Shown here piece by piece: positions 48,202 through 57,314 of a stretch of DNA of 64,000 nt. Position 1 is the first letter of the stretch. Every line of letters starts with the position of its first letter. Under the pieces are notes generated by a model. It saw only the letters and a program-made list of their open reading frames with translations, searched no databases and had not been told where the DNA came from. The stretch is from Candidatus Ozemobacteraceae bacterium. GTDB taxonomy: Bacteria; Muiribacteriota; Ozemobacteria; Ozemobacterales; Ozemobacteraceae. Location of the stretch: contig OZ223236.1 of assembly GCA_965140445.1 (NCBI GenBank), positions 640,001 through 704,000 on the forward strand. The letters run 5' to 3'. The translations under genes were made by a program, and so were the position numbers.

Positions 48202-48576
48202 TTATTCGATTGATTCTTTATCGTGGTAGAAAGTAATGTTCTTTCCTTTGACTTTAAAGAATTCAAGGGATGCTTTTTTCCCAGTAACCGGGCACAATCC
48301 ATTCTTATTAGTTACGGTCAATACTACTTCTTTCGCGTCCTTTAGCTTTGGCGAATATTTATCAAAATCGTTGAGAAACATTTGAATACAACCAGGGCAG
48401 CAAAAATAGTAGAGCTTTCCATCTGTTATCACACCTACCGATTCGTTCACTTTACCACCCATGACAGGACAAACATCGGTTTGAACTAAAACTATTGTTT
48501 CTGGAAAAGGAGCTTCGGCATAAGTACAAGTGAGCGAAAGAAGCGATAAAATAAAAACAATCAGAAATTTTTTCAT
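48202..48576 (-). CDS. Secreted YHS/TRASH-domain protein
   Basis: QTDVCPVMGG..YYFCCPGC and a second CPVTG. Confidence 0.8.
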   Translation of the reverse strand: MKKFLIVFILSLLSLTCTYAEAPFPETIVLVQTDVCPVMGGKVNESVGVITDGKLYYFCCPGCIQMFLNDFDKYSPKLKDAKEVVLTVTNKNGLCPVTGKKASLEFFKVKGKNITFYHDKESIE

Positions 48577-48595
48577 TTTGGCCTCCCAAGGCTAA

Positions 48596-48814
48596 TTATT
48601 CATCAGACAATTCATCAGAGACTTTATGGACCGGCTTTACTATTTTACTATCTTCCGCATATTGCAAAGCTCTCCGGCTAAGGCTCTTAGACCAGGAATA
48701 GAAATCGCTGGCGATCTTATATGTTTTTTCTTTTATCGCCTTTTTTTCTTCTGGCGGTGTCCACAAAGCTAAGGCGATTGCCAGTGTTAACAAAAAAGTT
48801 ATAAAAGATTTCAT
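48596..48814 (-). CDS. Small membrane-anchored hypothetical protein
   Basis: 72-aa ORF with an N-terminal TM, at the head of the cus-like operon. Confidence 0.55.
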   Translation of the reverse strand: MKSFITFLLTLAIALALWTPPEEKKAIKEKTYKIASDFYSWSKSLSRRALQYAEDSKIVKPVHKVSDELSDE

Positions 48815-49011
48815 AAGAAACTTCCTGCATTTCTTTCTAATAAAGATATTTATTTAAGGTACATGTTCAAGTATACCATCGCCTTACCGCCAAAAAAATG
48901 CTCAACCATACTTCAGCGTAGATGTCAGTATATAAAGCCTAAAGCAATGCCTATACTTTATTTCTATACTGGTTACATTTATTAGATGAGTTTTAAATCA
49001 GAGACAAGAAA

Positions 49012-51162
49012 TTGAAACTTCGCTATTTGCTATTTTCGCTATATTTGCTACTTTTAGTGAAAATTTCACTTTGCTTTGCAGGAGACAGTCAAATGCCACA
49101 TAATTCCCATGGAAAAGCCAAAAACCACCTGGCAAATTCTAACAGCCCGTATCTTTTACAGCACGCTGAAAACCCGGTAAATTGGTATCCGTGGGGAGAT
49201 GAAGCCTTTAATCTGGCGGAAAATAACAATCGTTTGATTTTCTTGTCCATCGGTTATTCTACCTGTCATTGGTGCCATGTGATGGCGCATGAATCCTTTG
49301 AAAGTGATTCTGTTGCAGAGGTTCTCAATGAGAATTTTGTTTCCATAAAAGTTGATCGGGAAGAACGCCCGGATGTTGATAAGGTTTATATGGATGTTTG
49401 TCAGGCCATGACTGGTGGCGGTGGCTGGCCTTTAACTGTTATTATGACGCCATCCGGTATTCCAATTTTCGCGGGAACCTATTTTCCACGTGAATCAAAA
49501 CATGGAAGGCCCGGATTAATTGATTTACTAAAGTTGTTTTCCCAAAAGTGGCGTGAAACTCCAGGGATTCTGGTCGCTCAGGCGGAAAAAATACGCTCAC
49601 ACTTTCAGAATCTCGAAACCCCGGAATCTGAAAAATTAAGCGACAGTATTCTTAAAGAAGCTGTCAGTTCAATTCTGGCTGAATACGAACCTCGATTTGG
49701 TGGTTTTGGAAGCTCGCCAAAATTTCCCATGGCTCACAAACTTACTTTTTTGCTGAGGATGCTTAAATTCAGCAAAGGTAAAAGCGATTTGGAAAAGGTG
49801 GAATTTACCCTTAAATCAATGTATAAGGGTGGTATCTACGATCATATTGGTTTTGGTTTCTGTAGATACAGTGTGGATGAAAAATGGCTTGTTCCACATT
49901 TTGAAAAAATGCTTTATGACAATGCGCTTTTAGCTCAGGCGTATCTCGAAGCTTATCAGACCACTAAAGATGAATTTTATAAACAAGTGGTTCAGGAGAT
50001 TTTTATTTACCTGCAACGGGACCTGATGCATGAATCTGGCGCATACTATTGCGCCGAAGACGCAGACAGCGAAGGTGAAGAAGGCAAATTTTATATTTTT
50101 TCAAAAGGGGCTTTCTCAGAAGCCTTAGATGAAGGTTATAGCGATGAAATTGCTGATTATTTCGGAGTAACTCTGGCTGGTAACTTTGAATACGGACAGA
50201 ATATTCTCAATCTAAGAAAAATTTCCTCGGAATTTGCTAACGAGAAGGGCCTTTCGCAACAGGAATTAGAGCAAAAGATCGGCTCTGCCAGAAAACTCCT
50301 GTTAGACTATCGTAGTCAAAGAGTTAGACCTTCACTGGATGACAAAATTCTCACCTCATGGAACGGCTTGATAATTTCTGCGTTGGCGAATGCCGGAAAA
50401 GTCTTTAACGACCAAAAACTAATCAAACAAGCCTCCAAGGCCGCAGATTTTATTCTTGATAAAATGACCGATGACGAAGGTCGCCTGCTCAGATCCTGGC
50501 GAAAGGGAACCGCTGGCGGCAGAGGCTATCTTGAAGATTATACTTTCTTTGTTACAGGCCTGGTCGATCTCTTCATGGCAGGTGGCCAGCCAAAATACCT
50601 GGCAAGCGCAATTAAATTGCACAACGATGCACTAACCCTATTCGCCGGCAACCGACCAGGCGAATTCTTCGAAACCGCTTCCGATGCCGAAAAGCTATTT
50701 GTCCGCCCCGAAAATGAATATGACGGGGCGATCCCCTCCGCAATTTCCCATCTGGCAATGAACGCTGTTACCATTGCCAGATTAACCGCTAACCCCGAAC
50801 ATGAAAAAATTGCCGAAGAAATTCTAGAAAAGAATGCCCAGTTCATTAAGCGTGTCCCATCAAGTTTCACAAGACTTTTGACCGCCCTGCAGCTTCTAAA
50901 ATCCGACCCCGTCGAAATCATTCTCGTAGGCGAAGAATCCAGTCTTGCCCCATTTAAAGCGGCACTGTCTGAGACATATCTGCCAGATGCAATCCAGATA
51001 ATAAAGACTCCCCAAAATGCAGAAGAGCTAAGCAAGCTAATTCCCATGCTAAAAGACTATCAAATCGCCACAGAATCCCCCACGCTTTATATTTGCAATG
51101 GCTATAGTTGTCAGAGCCCGATTACTGATCCAAACAAAATAAAAGAATCTTTGCAGAAATAA
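49012..51162 (+). CDS. YyaL / SSP411 thioredoxin-domain protein (alternative start 49093)
   Basis: SPYLLQHAENPVNW, CHWCHVM, KVDREERPD and PHFEKMLYDNA motifs. Confidence 0.92.
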   Translation: MKLRYLLFSLYLLLLVKISLCFAGDSQMPHNSHGKAKNHLANSNSPYLLQHAENPVNWYPWGDEAFNLAENNNRLIFLSIGYSTCHWCHVMAHESFESDSVAEVLNENFVSIKVDREERPDVDKVYMDVCQAMTGGGGWPLTVIMTPSGIPIFAGTYFPRESKHGRPGLIDLLKLFSQKWRETPGILVAQAEKIRSHFQNLETPESEKLSDSILKEAVSSILAEYEPRFGGFGSSPKFPMAHKLTFLLRMLKFSKGKSDLEKVEFTLKSMYKGGIYDHIGFGFCRYSVDEKWLVPHFEKMLYDNALLAQAYLEAYQTTKDEFYKQVVQEIFIYLQRDLMHESGAYYCAEDADSEGEEGKFYIFSKGAFSEALDEGYSDEIADYFGVTLAGNFEYGQNILNLRKISSEFANEKGLSQQELEQKIGSARKLLLDYRSQRVRPSLDDKILTSWNGLIISALANAGKVFNDQKLIKQASKAADFILDKMTDDEGRLLRSWRKGTAGGRGYLEDYTFFVTGLVDLFMAGGQPKYLASAIKLHNDALTLFAGNRPGEFFETASDAEKLFVRPENEYDGAIPSAISHLAMNAVTIARLTANPEHEKIAEEILEKNAQFIKRVPSSFTRLLTALQLLKSDPVEIILVGEESSLAPFKAALSETYLPDAIQIIKTPQNAEELSKLIPMLKDYQIATESPTLYICNGYSCQSPITDPNKIKESLQK

Positions 51163-51257
51163 ACATCAAGATTGCAATTCTTTCACTTATTCTGCGGAAT
51201 TATAAAATTCAGTTTAATTACTTGTATGCTAATCAATACAAAGTAGACTCATGGAAA

Positions 51258-51581
51258 TTAATCTTGAATTGCTTCAGATACAGTCCAAACTTCAACCGTT
51301 TGCCCTACAGGTCTGATTTTTACTTTTCCACTAAATATTTTAGTATCAACGATATATACATTTAAACCAGCCTTCAGAGGGAAAACCAGCTTAGTGTTAA
51401 TCAACTTTTGAAGAGCTACATGATCTTTTGCAACAGAATATTCTATTGCTTTATCTAATAACTTTTCTGACACAGAGGCTAAATAACCTGATTTTGTAGT
51501 TCTAACTGTTTGCGCCATCGCCAAGTTGTAAAAAGCAAATAAGAAAATAGTAAGTAATAGTAATTTAGTTATTTGTCTCAC
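51258..51581 (-). CDS. Secreted hypothetical protein
   Basis: AGGAG SD, GTG start, signal peptide ending AMA. Confidence 0.7.
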   Translation of the reverse strand: MRQITKLLLLTIFLFAFYNLAMAQTVRTTKSGYLASVSEKLLDKAIEYSVAKDHVALQKLINTKLVFPLKAGLNVYIVDTKIFSGKVKIRPVGQTVEVWTVSEAIQD

Positions 51582-51700
51582 GAAAGACTCCTTTATATCT
51601 ACTCTTAATTTCTAGCCAAAATTGGCTTTTTAACTCAGGCCTATATACCCCGTTAGCCCGAAATTAATTTTGTACAGTTCTGCTTTTAGAAAAGCAAATC

Positions 51701-52510
51701 TTATTTGTTTATTTCGCTATAATTAGTTCTTTTTATAAATTCTTCCTTTGTTACCCAATCCGAGATAGGTGAAGTAAGCTTTGAATTATCTATAAATATT
51801 GGGCCAACCAGACTGTTTTTGCCTTCGGCTTTGTCTCCTAAATGTATAATCTTAAATTTATCTCCTTCAATTTCACAGATGCCTACTGGTTGGTCTTTAG
51901 GAAGTTTTATATTTGAAGCAAGCATATATTGAGATTTAACCCTATATATCGTCATTCTTTCTAGTAACTTTCTTTTCATCTCTGATATTTCAGAAATAGC
52001 AGAGCCAACCTTTAATTTTGCAATTATTTCATTAATAAATTTTAAGATTCCGGTAAATTGAATCATATATGCTTGCTTTTGTAAGTTTGAGCCATTTGTT
52101 TTTGCCCAAACATCTTGCAGATTTTTAAGAATTTCCCATTTCTTGTAATAAAAACTTATTATTTCTTTTTCACGTTTATTTGCTTTTTGTTTAAGCGCTT
52201 CAATCTCTGGCTTATTCTTATTGAATAAGATTTGAAATTCAGGATATTTGGCTATGCAAGTCAAATAATTGGAGCTAAAGACAAAGATTTCAAAGTCATT
52301 AACTGGCGAAAATTTTGTTTCGATTAAACTTAAAACTTCGGCTTCTGTTAAATCAGCCCTTGCAGTTAGAGAAGAAAGCTTTACACCGCATTTAGAACAA
52401 AAAGCGCTTTCATCAGGTAACGGTTGCCCACACTTATTACAAAACATTGCAAATAAGTTCATGGCTGTAAAAATAAATAAAAATAGAATTGCTATATAAT
52501 TTCTCTTCAT
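51701..52510 (-). CDS. Secreted zinc-ribbon domain protein
   Basis: Signal peptide followed by MFCNKCG...FCSKCG. Confidence 0.75.
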   Translation of the reverse strand: MKRNYIAILFLFIFTAMNLFAMFCNKCGQPLPDESAFCSKCGVKLSSLTARADLTEAEVLSLIETKFSPVNDFEIFVFSSNYLTCIAKYPEFQILFNKNKPEIEALKQKANKREKEIISFYYKKWEILKNLQDVWAKTNGSNLQKQAYMIQFTGILKFINEIIAKLKVGSAISEISEMKRKLLERMTIYRVKSQYMLASNIKLPKDQPVGICEIEGDKFKIIHLGDKAEGKNSLVGPIFIDNSKLTSPISDWVTKEEFIKRTNYSEINK

Positions 52511-52746
52511 AACTCCCTCTTAAGTTGATAATATTTGCTGGCATTCTTTTCTTTTATATTCTGAACCAGTTTTTCTAATAAATCTTTTGGGAGTTTCTTG
52601 CAAGGTCTAATATCTAAGCTACACTTGGCTGTTGCAATAATCGTTTTGTTGATAATTTTATAGCAAATATCTTCTAAGTTCCCAGAAAAAGCAGGTAAAA
52701 CAGATAGACTAGAAAAAAAGAAAAGAAATAGTAGTTTTTTTCTCAT
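52507..52746 (-). CDS. Small secreted hypothetical protein
   Basis: Signal peptide; stop overlaps the next start (ATGA). Confidence 0.55.
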   Translation of the reverse strand: MRKKLLFLFFFSSLSVLPAFSGNLEDICYKIINKTIIATAKCSLDIRPCKKLPKDLLEKLVQNIKEKNASKYYQLKREL

Positions 52747-52835
52747 GCTCTCATCTCACAAAAGATAGATCCTCGTTTTTGTGTCTGTGATACAAAGTGT
52801 AAATAAATAAGAAAAATTATTCAATTAATTATTTC

Positions 52836-53159
52836 TAGTATTTGCTTATATCAGAAACAGGATAATCCCAGTCTTAGCCAGCCCATTTAAGATCTTCTAG
52901 ATTGCAGAAATTCAATTGAAAATTGGAGTAAAAGTTGCTATCCAAAGCAAAGTCGAAAATAAAATGTAAATCTATCGTTTTTTATAGCCTAAGAAATGTT
53001 TTATTTACAAAAGAAAGAGCACCAAAAGCTACATAAATGCTCGGTGAACTTTCTGGTTAAAACTCCATTCAGATTCATTTTGGCTGATGCAGTTTTTTTA
53101 TCTTTCTCTTAATGAGATTTAACCAGAGCTTCAAAATCCCTTAATGTTGGAAATGCCAT
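52836..53159 (-). pseudogene. Possible decayed gene coupled to the upstream HEPN-like gene
   Basis: ATG 1 nt after the upstream stop; reads MAFPTLRDFEALVKSH*EKDK..., with later segments interrupted by stops. Confidence 0.3.
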
Positions 53160-53160
53160 T

Positions 53161-54192
53161 TTAAGAATTATTTTCTTCAACTTGAAATGCAGAATAAACA
53201 AGTGTTCTGATCTCATCATCACAGGCTCCATGTTCATCAATCAATGAAATGATCCGTTCAACTTGAGCGATACTCCTTTTTGGCAATTTCCATATCTCTT
53301 CAAGCTCATTAGAAGATAAATATCTATCCAAGTAATCATAAGGATTAAGCTTCTTTGGCAATACAATTTGTTTAAAGAGCATTTGCCAGAAAGATTTTTC
53401 TGAAACGGATTTAGCTATATTGACGCATCGTTGGTAGTCTTGAATCTGCTCACCAACTGACCTTTCAATTTCTGAATGAAACCACTCATGGAAAGTAATC
53501 ACCTTCTCATAATATGAAGGAATCAATTCTCTTAAATCAATACCAGTCGAATTATCTGTTACAAATTCTTGTGCCAATTTGGCAAATTTACCAAGTCGTT
53601 TCAAATCATTAACCCAGATTTTAAAAGTTGCCCTAAAAGATTTCTTTTTCCCTCTGGAGGTTTCCCAATTTGGCTGATGCAATCTCAAATGAATAAGATC
53701 AACTCTAAGTTCTTGAATGAATTTATGTTCCGGACTGTTTCCAAAAACCTTAACCTTATCAAAATAACCCGGTATTTCTATTTTCCTACTTATAATTCTT
53801 GATTGGTCAACCAATGACATAGAGCTGGCAACAAATATATAAAGTGCTTCTTGAGCTTCCAACTCGAAGTTTTGGAGCTTTTCACGATTCATACGAAGAA
53901 ACAGCGTTCCATCAGATGCCTGAGTTTCAAACTTATTAAATAACTCTGCAAACCTGGAAACAGAACGCTTAAAGACCATCAAAATAGATTTCAAAGACTC
54001 AAGACGCCGCAAATACTCATAACCAGGATGTTCTTCGATAAAACGAAAAACATCGGTTTTGTAGCGCCAAACAGCGGCTTCAACTGCCTCTCGCCCCCAT
54101 GGCAACGGCCCTAATGAAAGTTCATTCTGTTCTAATGAATCAACTGGGCTTGTTTCAGAAATGTTTTTCGTCGATTTTTTTGCTTTGTTCAT
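53161..54192 (-). CDS. Hypothetical protein, HEPN-like
   Basis: LYIFVASSMSLVDQSR N-terminal helix and ELRVDLIH (Rx4H) motif. Confidence 0.6.
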   Translation of the reverse strand: MNKAKKSTKNISETSPVDSLEQNELSLGPLPWGREAVEAAVWRYKTDVFRFIEEHPGYEYLRRLESLKSILMVFKRSVSRFAELFNKFETQASDGTLFLRMNREKLQNFELEAQEALYIFVASSMSLVDQSRIISRKIEIPGYFDKVKVFGNSPEHKFIQELRVDLIHLRLHQPNWETSRGKKKSFRATFKIWVNDLKRLGKFAKLAQEFVTDNSTGIDLRELIPSYYEKVITFHEWFHSEIERSVGEQIQDYQRCVNIAKSVSEKSFWQMLFKQIVLPKKLNPYDYLDRYLSSNELEEIWKLPKRSIAQVERIISLIDEHGACDDEIRTLVYSAFQVEENNS

Positions 54193-54460
54193 TACTTTCT
54201 ATCGCGTCTGTTCAGATTAATAATATTTTAAACATTTTTTTTTGCACGGCAAATTTGATTAGCTTCCAATTTGCCGCAGACTTTGTTTTGTCTTCTAAGG
54301 TTTTCTGATCAGTGCTCGTGCTCCATTCAATTTACAGTAGCCATTTCCAAAAAAGATCAATCCTTTTGCATAGCTACCCTTTTCCGTTTTTAGCTTCACA
54401 GGTTAAGCTCATTAAAACTTCCGAGAAATAAAGCAATTTATGTGAGCAGACACATGGATT

Positions 54461-54500
54461 GACGATGCGGGAAGTTTCGGGATGATGCGGGAAGTTTTGA
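54461..54500. repeat. 20-bp tandem repeat, two copies
   Basis: gacgatgcgggaagtttcgg / gatgatgcgggaagttttga. Confidence 0.7.
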
Positions 54501-54596
54501 AACGAAGCAAGTTTGGGAACATTTTCCAAGTTTGACTTGGAGACATATGATTTGACTTAAATTTGTCTGACGTGGACAGATGGTTTGAGTTAGTAT

Positions 54597-55328
54597 TCAC
54601 AATACTAGATATTTTAAAAGCTTTTTCCCAACAGAGCTAATTTTTATTGCTTGAATTATTCCTTTGCTATTTAATCCAAAAGTGTTTGAATGACGTTCTT
54701 CTATTAATCCAAGTTGTATCATTTCTAGCAAGGCAAAAAATTCACCAGGATGAATGTTTGGATTTTCTGCTGGAGAGTTGTAGTCTAACCAATCATTTTT
54801 GCTTGAAAGGTTTTCTGATGGTATGTGCTGTTTATCAAAAAGGCTCTTAGCACTAATTTCCTTTTCACCATACTCTTGATGTAGTTTTTTTAGAATTCTA
54901 TAAGAGATTGGGTTGGTTTTTAAAACTATGCTCGGGAGCCAATATAAGTCTTTTTCGTCTAGCTCTTTATTTATTATGTCTTCAGAAATTCCAGTAAGAA
55001 TATTAAACTCATCGTCGTCAAAGTTTGTTAAAGTCATTTCCATTAATTCAAACAACCTTACTTTATCTATCTTTTTAAGTTTGCTTAGTTTTTCTTCAAT
55101 ATCTGTGATTTGGTCGGTTAACTTTTTTAGGTATTGAGCTAGATTTTTCCAGCGTTGATCATTTTGATCTTCTTGGTGAGCTGATATTAAGCCTTTTAGT
55201 GCGATTTCCCAGGTGAGTGGTAATATTTTGCTTTTGCAAAAGATATTTAAGACAGTGTCTTGGCATTTGCGCGCTAAAGAAGGCTCTGAATATATTGAAT
55301 CTAAATCAGATGGGTGTCGGTTGTCCAT
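54597..55328 (-). CDS. Hypothetical protein (Abi-alpha-like architecture)
   Basis: 243-aa AT-rich ORF with helical N-terminus and wHTH-like end (MIQLGLIE..ISSVGKKLL). Confidence 0.55.
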   Translation of the reverse strand: MDNRHPSDLDSIYSEPSLARKCQDTVLNIFCKSKILPLTWEIALKGLISAHQEDQNDQRWKNLAQYLKKLTDQITDIEEKLSKLKKIDKVRLFELMEMTLTNFDDDEFNILTGISEDIINKELDEKDLYWLPSIVLKTNPISYRILKKLHQEYGEKEISAKSLFDKQHIPSENLSSKNDWLDYNSPAENPNIHPGEFFALLEMIQLGLIEERHSNTFGLNSKGIIQAIKISSVGKKLLKYLVL

Positions 55329-55349
55329 TTCTCAAATAACTCCTAAAAC

Positions 55350-56645
55350 TCATTTTGTTGTTTGTTTTTCTATAATTTTGATGACAGATTCTGAAGGAAT
55401 AATAGGACCATTATCCTTTACTATTCCTGTCTGCCCAGGCCTGAATAGTGTTTCTAGGGCAATGCGTCTATCCTCTGATTCACTTAATTTATTTTCATTC
55501 ATTAGTGCTAGGAAGGTTTTTATCATGGTTGTTCTTTCTTTGCTTTCAAGTTGAAGATGGTGGTGGGAAGAGTATTGATTAGTAGAAAATCTAATTACAA
55601 AACTTAAAACAGAAAGTATAAGAACTGTAGTTGCTAAGGAAACAGGATGAATGTATCCCAAAATCATGCTTGTAGTTGGAATACTCTTAAATTCTAAGTA
55701 GTGGTGGACTAGATAAGGCAAAAACATTGCAAGTAAAGAGGCTATAATGGCTATTCCAAGCCAAATCTTTTTCTCTTTGCTATGAAAAACTCCTTTACTA
55801 TCCCAATACGTTACAGAAGAGTTTAGTTCAATCTCGGATTGATAGATTCTCTTTGCGTGTTGCACCGTGCTCTTTGCAGAGGCTAGCTCTGTTTCCATCT
55901 CTTGGCAAAGATTGTTTTTGGATTCTTCAAAATCCTCTGAAAGTTTTCTTATTAGATCGGAATTGTCTTTTATAAAAGAATCTTTTTTATTAGCTACCCA
56001 ATCTTCAAATTCACTGTTTCTATTAACAGCGCGGCTAGCCATTTCATTTATGCTATCAATTTTTTTTTCATATTCTTGAAATGATGGTGGATCAGATATA
56101 ACTTTTCGTTCCAATTCTGTGAAAGCAATAATTTTATTAGCTTCAAATGCATTGAATAGATATGGTGAGTTAAAAATGTATTGCCCATGGTTGTTTAACG
56201 TATAGGTGAAGGCTGCTTTAAAAGGATTTATAATGTCAGAAACGGCTTTAATACTACTGTTTCTTTTGGGATAAGAGGTAAAAAACAATATGAAGAAAGC
56301 TGTATTTGGTGATTCTTCCAGCTTTTCTGCCAAAACTTTCCCCATAATTGAGTCCTTAAAAGGATAATGACAAATAGAAAAAAGCTCTTGCCCTATTTTG
56401 AGACGATTTAACAATTCTTCAGTATTGTTATCGGCGTAGGCTTTTTGGAAAACCTGAATTTGCCTCAGAATAGTTTCTAAAATCGAAAAAACATGATTAG
56501 CAAAGTTTGTATTAGAAAACTCTACCTTTGATTTAAGAACTTTGAGTATATTAGTTTCTGTTTCCCAAAGTTCCTTAAGTTCATCTGGTTTATAGAAAAT
56601 TCTATCTTTTTGCCCGTCCAAAACTGGAAGCTTTATATCTATCAT
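55350..56645 (-). CDS. Coiled-coil plus 2-TM protein (DUF6161-like)
   Basis: SVTYW, two TMs, and SHHHL...ER...TFLAL...ALETLFRP.QTGIVKD. Confidence 0.7.
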   Translation of the reverse strand: MIDIKLPVLDGQKDRIFYKPDELKELWETETNILKVLKSKVEFSNTNFANHVFSILETILRQIQVFQKAYADNNTEELLNRLKIGQELFSICHYPFKDSIMGKVLAEKLEESPNTAFFILFFTSYPKRNSSIKAVSDIINPFKAAFTYTLNNHGQYIFNSPYLFNAFEANKIIAFTELERKVISDPPSFQEYEKKIDSINEMASRAVNRNSEFEDWVANKKDSFIKDNSDLIRKLSEDFEESKNNLCQEMETELASAKSTVQHAKRIYQSEIELNSSVTYWDSKGVFHSKEKKIWLGIAIIASLLAMFLPYLVHHYLEFKSIPTTSMILGYIHPVSLATTVLILSVLSFVIRFSTNQYSSHHHLQLESKERTTMIKTFLALMNENKLSESEDRRIALETLFRPGQTGIVKDNGPIIPSESVIKIIEKQTTK

Positions 56646-56750
56646 AACTTCCTAAACGGCAGGGCTGCGATTACTCTGCCCAGAAGCCTGAAGGAGGCGT
56701 CTGGTGTGATGGTGTGGAATTTGTGTTTGGAGATTGCATTACTAGTAGCT
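56642..56750 (-). pseudogene. Possible remnant of an S24 (LexA/CI-like) C-terminus
   Basis: LVMQSPN in one frame and FHTITPDASFRLLGRVIAA in the adjacent frame resemble the S24 end LxSxNxxYxxI..ILGRV. Confidence 0.3.
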
Positions 56751-56962
56751 TTTACTGTTTTGGGAAAGGGGCCTTTTTTCGAATAAAACATCCGATTTTC
56801 GTCGTAAAAACTCTTGGCTATGATTTGTTTCCTCACAAGAATTGTCCTCTTTTATAGTTTTTATCTTTACTTGAAAAAATGTTCCAAAAGCACTTTTCAA
56901 AAGTATTATAACGAAACATTTTCCAAACTGGAACCCCAAAATTAGCTTTACCCTAAAACCAA

Positions 56963-56989
56963 AAACAGCCCACAAATTGTGGGCTGTTT
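56963..56989 (-). terminator. Terminator after tRNA-Leu
   Basis: aaacagcccaca-aat-tgtgggctgttt perfect stem. Confidence 0.8.
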
Positions 56990-56998
56990 GAGCACAAG

Positions 56999-57083
56999 TG
57001 CCGGAAGTCGGACTTGAACCGACACGCCTTTAAGGGGCGCGGGATTTTGAGTCCCGTGCGTCTGCCAATTTCGCCATTCCGGC
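56999..57083 (-). tRNA. tRNA-Leu(CAA), CCA not encoded
   Basis: GCCGGAA acceptor stem, TGGCGAAATTGGCAGACG D-arm, anticodon loop CTCAAAA, long variable arm, GGTTCAAGTCC T-arm. Confidence 0.95.
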
Positions 57084-57093
57084 GGCAAGGAAA

Positions 57094-57123
57094 ATTATAT
57101 CACAACTAAATAATCAAAGGCAA
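57094..57123 (-). promoter_or_regulatory. Sigma70 promoter of tRNA-Leu
   Basis: Minus strand TTGCCT-18-TATAAT with extended TGn. Confidence 0.6.
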
Positions 57124-57314
57124 GCAATCTGAAATTAAATAACAAAAAAATACTAACAATAGATCAAAAACCCTTTAACTCAGGAACTCAGGCCAGCTGG
57201 AAAGAATAAAAAAAATCAGTTCTAACCAAAATCCTGGCCGCAAAAACAACTGATGTTGAGGTTCGCATTGCAAACCTGTAAACTATGCAAAAGAATTCTT
57301 AATCGGAGAACATA

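Noticed and set aside
51200..56998. Intact prophage or ICE at tRNA-Leu
   Set aside because: No integrase, structural or conjugation genes, and no duplicated tRNA 3' end found by eye.
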